Shown here: piece after piece, positions 34,995 to 39,265 of the stretch
How the letters are laid out: each line of letters starts with the position of its first letter
Position numbering within the stretch: position 1 is the first letter of the stretch
NCBI GenBank assembly: GCA_964009845.1
Contig: CAXGIQ010000002.1
Span: 1-39,265, forward strand
Source: an uncultured Flavobacteriales bacterium
Lineage (GTDB): Bacteria; Bacteroidota; Bacteroidia; Flavobacteriales; UBA7312
Direction: 5' to 3'
DNA length: 39,265 nucleotides
Notes under the pieces: generated by a model
What the model saw: only the letters and a program-made list of their open reading frames with translations
Told to the model about the DNA's origin: nothing
Database searches by the model: none
Translations under genes and position numbers: made by a program

Positions 34995-35852
34995 TTATTT
35001 TTTCAATAATGACATTAAATAATAACCATAACCACTTTTCAAAAGCGGTTGTGCTAGTTTCTCTAATTGAGCTCCGTCTATAAAGCCCATTTTGTAAGCT
35101 GCTTCCTCAATACAGCCAATTTTTCGACCCTGCCTGTCTTCAATCACCTGCACAAACTGACTAGCTTGCATTAAGGAGTTAAATGTACCAGTATCTAGCC
35201 AAGCTGTTCCTCTACCTAATAGCCTTACCTCTAAATTTCCTCTTTTCAGATACTCTAAGTTCACATCTGTAATCTCATACTCTCCTCTAGCAGAAGGTTT
35301 GATGTTTTTAGCTATTTCTACCACATCATTATCGTAATAGTACAAGCCTGGAACCGCATAATTTGATTTTGGTTTTCTAGGCTTTTCTTCTATTGAAAGA
35401 GCTTTGAAATTTTCGTCATACTCAACCACTCCATATCGTTCAGGGTCATTTACATGATATCCAAAAACAATACCTCCATTAACATCTTTACATGACTCTA
35501 AAACGCGTCTCTTCATATAAAAGATATTATCTCCCAATACTAAGCATACTTTATCGTTTCCAAGAAACTCTTCACCAATTACAAAAGCTTGAGCTAATCC
35601 ATTAGGTACCTCCTGTACTTTATAATGAAAGTTACAGCCAAATTTAGAACCATCCCCTAATAGCTTTTCAAACAATGGTAAATCGTGTGGAGTAGAGATT
35701 ATAAGTATATCCTTTATTCCTGAAAACATCAATGTTGACAGCGGATAATAAATCATTGGTTTATCATAAATAGGCATCATCTGCTTACTCATGGCAAGTG
35801 TCAGCGGATGCAGTCTTGTGCCCGACCCTCCTGCTAAAACGATTCCTTTCAT
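34995..35852 (-). CDS. rfbA: Glucose-1-phosphate thymidylyltransferase
   Basis: 285 aa. [18 protein letters not shown]...LGDNIFY is typical of RfbA/RmlA. Confidence 0.9.
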   Translation of the reverse strand: MKGIVLAGGSGTRLHPLTLAMSKQMMPIYDKPMIYYPLSTLMFSGIKDILIISTPHDLPLFEKLLGDGSKFGCNFHYKVQEVPNGLAQAFVIGEEFLGNDKVCLVLGDNIFYMKRRVLESCKDVNGGIVFGYHVNDPERYGVVEYDENFKALSIEEKPRKPKSNYAVPGLYYYDNDVVEIAKNIKPSARGEYEITDVNLEYLKRGNLEVRLLGRGTAWLDTGTFNSLMQASQFVQVIEDRQGRKIGCIEEAAYKMGFIDGAQLEKLAQPLLKSGYGYYLMSLLKK

Positions 35853-38233
35853 TCTTCTTCATTCTTTAATGTTAGTTCCCCCAAGTCGATATCTTCTTCT
35901 TCATCAAACACATTTAATAACGGTTCTCTGAAGGCTTCAAGATTGATTGATTTTTCCAATGTTAGCAACAAAGCAGGTAATACCACTAAGTTAGACAACA
36001 TTGCTATCAATAGTGTAATAGATACCAACAACCCTAATGCTATAGTCCCCCCAAATTGAGAAGCGATAAAGATAAAAAAACCGAAGAAAAGCACGATAGA
36101 GGTGTAAATCATACTAATACCTGTTTCTTTGATTGCCGCTAATACGGCAGGGCGTATATTGTATTTTCTAGCTTTCATTTCCTGTCTATATTTAGCTAAA
36201 AAGTGAATGGTATCATCTACCGAAATACCAAAAGCAATACTAAAAACCAAAATGGTTGACGGCTTGATTGCCACTCCAAAATATCCCATAATTGCTGCTG
36301 TAAGGAGCAAAGGAATTAAATTCGGAATAAGGGAAACCATCACCATTCTAAAGGAATTGAACATCCATGCCATGAAAATTGAAATAAGAATGACTGCAAG
36401 AAATAAACTCACAAACAAGTTGCGAACTAGATATGTAGTACCTTCTAGAAAAACAACGCTTGTCCCCGTTAGTTTAATATCATATTTTTCTGGGTCAAAA
36501 ATTTGATCTATCTGGCCTCTCAACTTTGTTTTTAGTAACTCCATTTCAGAAGTTCCAATGTCTGCCAAATGTACACTTACCCTTCCTACTTGCATATCTT
36601 CGTCAACATAAGTGTTGGCCCAATCCTGGTGAGACTTGGAGTTTTTAGCGTATGATAAAAGCCAGTTTTTCTCCTGCGAATTAGGTATGTCATAATAGGC
36701 TACATTACCATTATAAAATGCTTGTTTAGAAAACTTCACAACATCTAGAAAAGACAAAGAACGGGACAATTCAGGGTAAGTGGCTAATGTATCTTGCAAC
36801 TGATTCAACCTTCTTAAAGTTGACAGTTTAGTCATTCCGTTTTTACGATGTGTATCTATGATGATTTCAAACGGGAGAACGGATGTAAAATGTTCTTCAA
36901 AAAACTTAGCATCTTGAAATAAGGCTGAAGATTCAGGAATATCATCTGTGACATTTCCAGTAGTATGTACTTTATAAATACCAACAAGTCCAACAATCAC
37001 TAAAAGAATTGTCCAGACATACACTACTGTTCTTCTATGCGTTACCCAAAATATAAATTGTTTAATTACTAAAAGCATCCACTTTCTATCTAAGTGTTCT
37101 GTATGCTTGTCTTTTGGAGGGTTTAAATAGCTGAATATTATTGGAATCAATAATAATGAAAGTAGGAAAACAGCGAAAATATTGACCGAAGCAACTAGTC
37201 CAAACTCTCTTAAGTCTTTACTAGATGTTAAGATAAATGTTGCAAAACCAGAAGCCGTAGTAGCATTGGTTAAAATCGTGACATTCCCTATTTTCTTAAT
37301 CATTCTAGTAAGCGACTTGGCTTTATTGCCGTGTCTTCTAATCTCATTATGATACTTATTGATTAAGAAAATGCAGTTAGGAACGCCAATTACAATCAGT
37401 AATGGAGGTATCAGAGCAGAAAGGATAGTGATTTCATAATCCAAAACTCCCAAGGTTCCAAAAGACCAAACCACACCTATCGCAACCACTAGTATAGAAA
37501 TAAGAACCGGTTTGTAAGACTTGAAAAACATAAAAAGGATGATAGCCGTCACTAACATCGCTAAGAAAATAAACAAGCCAACCTCTTTTCTGATTAATTC
37601 TGAATTAACAATTCTTAGATAAGGTAAGCCTGAATAATGAACATCTATAGATGTTTTGGCGTAATACTTTTTACCATACTCAATGATATACTCAACAACT
37701 TGAACTCTTTCATCCGATTTCAAAATTTGTTGATCAATCTCTACCAACATTGCAGAAGCATTTGTTCCTTCGTTTAAGAATATCCCTTCGTAAAAAGGAA
37801 TATTACGATACGATTGTACCGCTTCATCTAAATCTGCTTGTGTTTGAATAGCACTAAAGACAAGCTCCGTTAAAAATTTCTTGCTTTCAGTGTCTTTTAC
37901 AAAATTGACTGCATCAGCAACGGAAATCACTTCCACAACACCTTGAATATTACGAATGCTATCTGCGAGTTCTTTCCAAGATTGAAAATGATTTAAAGTA
38001 AAAAAGTCTGCATTTTTCACTCCAATAACCATCAAATTATCTCGCTGACCAAAACGCTCTACAAAATAGTCGAAGTCAAGCTGTGTGTCGGAAGTTTTAG
38101 GAAGCAAACGCGCCATCGAATAGGAAAGTTTTGCATTTTTCGACTGCTGCACCATGAAGAATGTCATAGCTACAATCAGCCAAATAAAAATGGCTCTATA
38201 CCTTAATATAACTCGGGCAATTACCGACCACAT
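35849..38233 (-). CDS. RND-superfamily transporter of the MMPL/HpnN/sterol-sensing-domain type (12 TM, two periplasmic loops)
   Basis: 794 aa. There are two blocks of about 6 hydrophobic helices, each preceded by a large soluble loop. No adaptor or outer-membrane factor gene is adjacent. It is shorter than AcrB-type pumps. Confidence 0.8.
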   Translation of the reverse strand: MWSVIARVILRYRAIFIWLIVAMTFFMVQQSKNAKLSYSMARLLPKTSDTQLDFDYFVERFGQRDNLMVIGVKNADFFTLNHFQSWKELADSIRNIQGVVEVISVADAVNFVKDTESKKFLTELVFSAIQTQADLDEAVQSYRNIPFYEGIFLNEGTNASAMLVEIDQQILKSDERVQVVEYIIEYGKKYYAKTSIDVHYSGLPYLRIVNSELIRKEVGLFIFLAMLVTAIILFMFFKSYKPVLISILVVAIGVVWSFGTLGVLDYEITILSALIPPLLIVIGVPNCIFLINKYHNEIRRHGNKAKSLTRMIKKIGNVTILTNATTASGFATFILTSSKDLREFGLVASVNIFAVFLLSLLLIPIIFSYLNPPKDKHTEHLDRKWMLLVIKQFIFWVTHRRTVVYVWTILLVIVGLVGIYKVHTTGNVTDDIPESSALFQDAKFFEEHFTSVLPFEIIIDTHRKNGMTKLSTLRRLNQLQDTLATYPELSRSLSFLDVVKFSKQAFYNGNVAYYDIPNSQEKNWLLSYAKNSKSHQDWANTYVDEDMQVGRVSVHLADIGTSEMELLKTKLRGQIDQIFDPEKYDIKLTGTSVVFLEGTTYLVRNLFVSLFLAVILISIFMAWMFNSFRMVMVSLIPNLIPLLLTAAIMGYFGVAIKPSTILVFSIAFGISVDDTIHFLAKYRQEMKARKYNIRPAVLAAIKETGISMIYTSIVLFFGFFIFIASQFGGTIALGLLVSITLLIAMLSNLVVLPALLLTLEKSINLEAFREPLLNVFDEEEDIDLGELTLKNEEE

Positions 38234-38282
38234 AGTGATTAAATTTGCTTGTAAAAATACGGATAATTATAGGAGTAAAAAC

Positions 38283-38310
38283 AAAAAAGCTCGACCGTAT
38301 AGCCGAGCTT
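38283..38310 (-). terminator. Intrinsic terminator after frr
   Basis: On the minus strand the hairpin aagctcg-gctatacggt-cgagctt is followed by a 6-nt T run. Confidence 0.65.
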
Positions 38311-38329
38311 AAACGATAGGTTTACAACT

Positions 38330-38884
38330 TTATACCGTCATAATTTCTGATTCTTTTTTTGTGAAGAACGCATCTACTTTTGATGAGAACTCATTGGTCA
38401 CATCTTGCACACTGTTTTCTGCATCTTTAATAATATCTTCCGACAATCCATCAAGCTTCTTCAACTCATCGTTAGCATCCTTTCTAACATTACGAATACT
38501 CACTTTCGTATTTTCCGCTTCTGCTTTGGCATGCTTTACCAATTCACGCCTCCTTTCTTCTGTTACAGGAGGAACATTGATGATGATCATTTCACCATTA
38601 TTCATTGGGGTGAAACCTAAGTTTGCATCAACAATTGCTTTCTCCATTACCTCCAGCATTGATTTATCCCAAGGCTGTACCGAAATGGTTTTTGCATCTG
38701 GAGTATTGATGTTGGACGCTTGATTTAATGGCGTCATTGCTCCGTAGTAATCAATGATTACATTATCCAACATTTGTGGTGATGCTTTTCCTGCACGAAT
38801 CTTTGAAAAGGCTACTTCTAAGTGCCCTATCGATTTATCCATCGATTCGCGAGCACTATCCAAAATGAATTCTATCTCTTCCAT
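38330..38884 (-). CDS. frr: Ribosome recycling factor
   Basis: 184 aa with end-to-end Frr similarity (FSKIRAGKASPQMLD...PPVTEERRRELVK). Confidence 0.95.
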   Translation of the reverse strand: MEEIEFILDSARESMDKSIGHLEVAFSKIRAGKASPQMLDNVIIDYYGAMTPLNQASNINTPDAKTISVQPWDKSMLEVMEKAIVDANLGFTPMNNGEMIIINVPPVTEERRRELVKHAKAEAENTKVSIRNVRKDANDELKKLDGLSEDIIKDAENSVQDVTNEFSSKVDAFFTKKESEIMTV

Positions 38885-38902
38885 AATTTTGGCTTTTATC
38901 TG

Positions 38903-39265
38903 TTAAAAATTGACAAGCGTTCCGATTTTATCACCTCCTAACGCTTTCAATAAATTTCCTTTTTGATTGATATCGAACACCACAATTGGCAGCTTATTTT
39001 CTTCACAAAGTGTGAAGGCTGTCATATCCATTATTTTCAGTTTTTTCTCATATACCTCTTTGAATGTAATGGTATCAAATTTAATTGCTGACTGGTCTTT
39101 TTCAGGGTCAGCAGTGTAAATTCCATCTACTCTTGTTCCTTTAAAAATTGCATCTGCCTCAATCTCAATAGCTCGTAATGTAGCAGCTGTATCGGTAGTG
39201 AAATATGGATTTCCTGTTCCTCCACCAAAAATAACTACTCTACCTTTTTGCATGTGTCGCATCGC
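38903..39265 (-). CDS. pyrH: UMP kinase, C-terminal part; the 5' end lies outside the window
   Basis: The frame is open to the window edge. [23 protein letters not shown]...VDGIYTADP is typical of PyrH. Confidence 0.9.
   Translation of the reverse strand, partial: AMRHMQKGRVVIFGGGTGNPYFTTDTAATLRAIEIEADAIFKGTRVDGIYTADPEKDQSAIKFDTITFKEVYEKKLKIMDMTAFTLCEENKLPIVVFDINQKGNLLKALGGDKIGTLVNF

Noticed and set aside
38239-38246. TAAATTTG match on the plus strand just upstream of the RND transporter start
   Set aside because: The orientation is wrong for the minus-strand transporter gene, and no plus-strand gene lies downstream, only antisense frr. It is probably a chance match in AT-rich DNA. I found no consensus -7 box for the transporter gene itself.
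38361-38723. 120-aa and 71-aa plus-strand ORFs antisense to frr
   Set aside because: They lie entirely within frr, have low-complexity Ser/Phe-rich translations and no upstream promoter motif.

Overview
This is an AT-rich, gene-dense chromosomal segment with almost no non-coding DNA. It looks like phylum Bacteroidota, class Flavobacteriia, for three reasons. Nearly every intergenic gap carries a correctly oriented TAnnTTTG -7 promoter box. Both type-A and type-B T9SS C-terminal sorting domains are present. The envelope-biogenesis run CBS protein - NadK - DUF6089 - UppS - BamA - Skp - Skp - MurI is intact. I call about 38 protein genes, mostly housekeeping: tyrS, acs, pyrC-like, pdxJ, nadK, uppS, bamA, murI, sucAB, rfbA, frr and pyrH. 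I found no rRNA, tRNA, CRISPR array, transposase, integrase or recognisable defence genes, and the longest intergenic gap is under 100 nt. The best candidate for an undescribed system is a single-promoter, single-terminator operon at 8597-14630. It encodes a T9SS-secreted lamin-tail-domain protein, a TonB-dependent receptor with no SusD partner, and a T9SS-secreted enzyme with an OB-like module, an Fn3 domain and two HKD motifs (PLD/Nuc-like). I read it as a possible capture, degradation and import module for extracellular DNA or another phosphodiester substrate. The second candidate is an orphan lipoprotein gene (3992-4477) made of near-perfect 27/30-nt tandem repeats. It encodes 18 Cys in 106 residues plus a His/Asp tail, and it sits as an autonomous opposite-strand unit between pyrC and a DUF4296 gene. 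The third is four translationally coupled genes (33643-38233): an SSD/MMPL-type RND transporter, RfbA, a polyprenyl diphosphate synthase and a small unknown protein. All functional calls come from motif recognition by eye. No database search was run.
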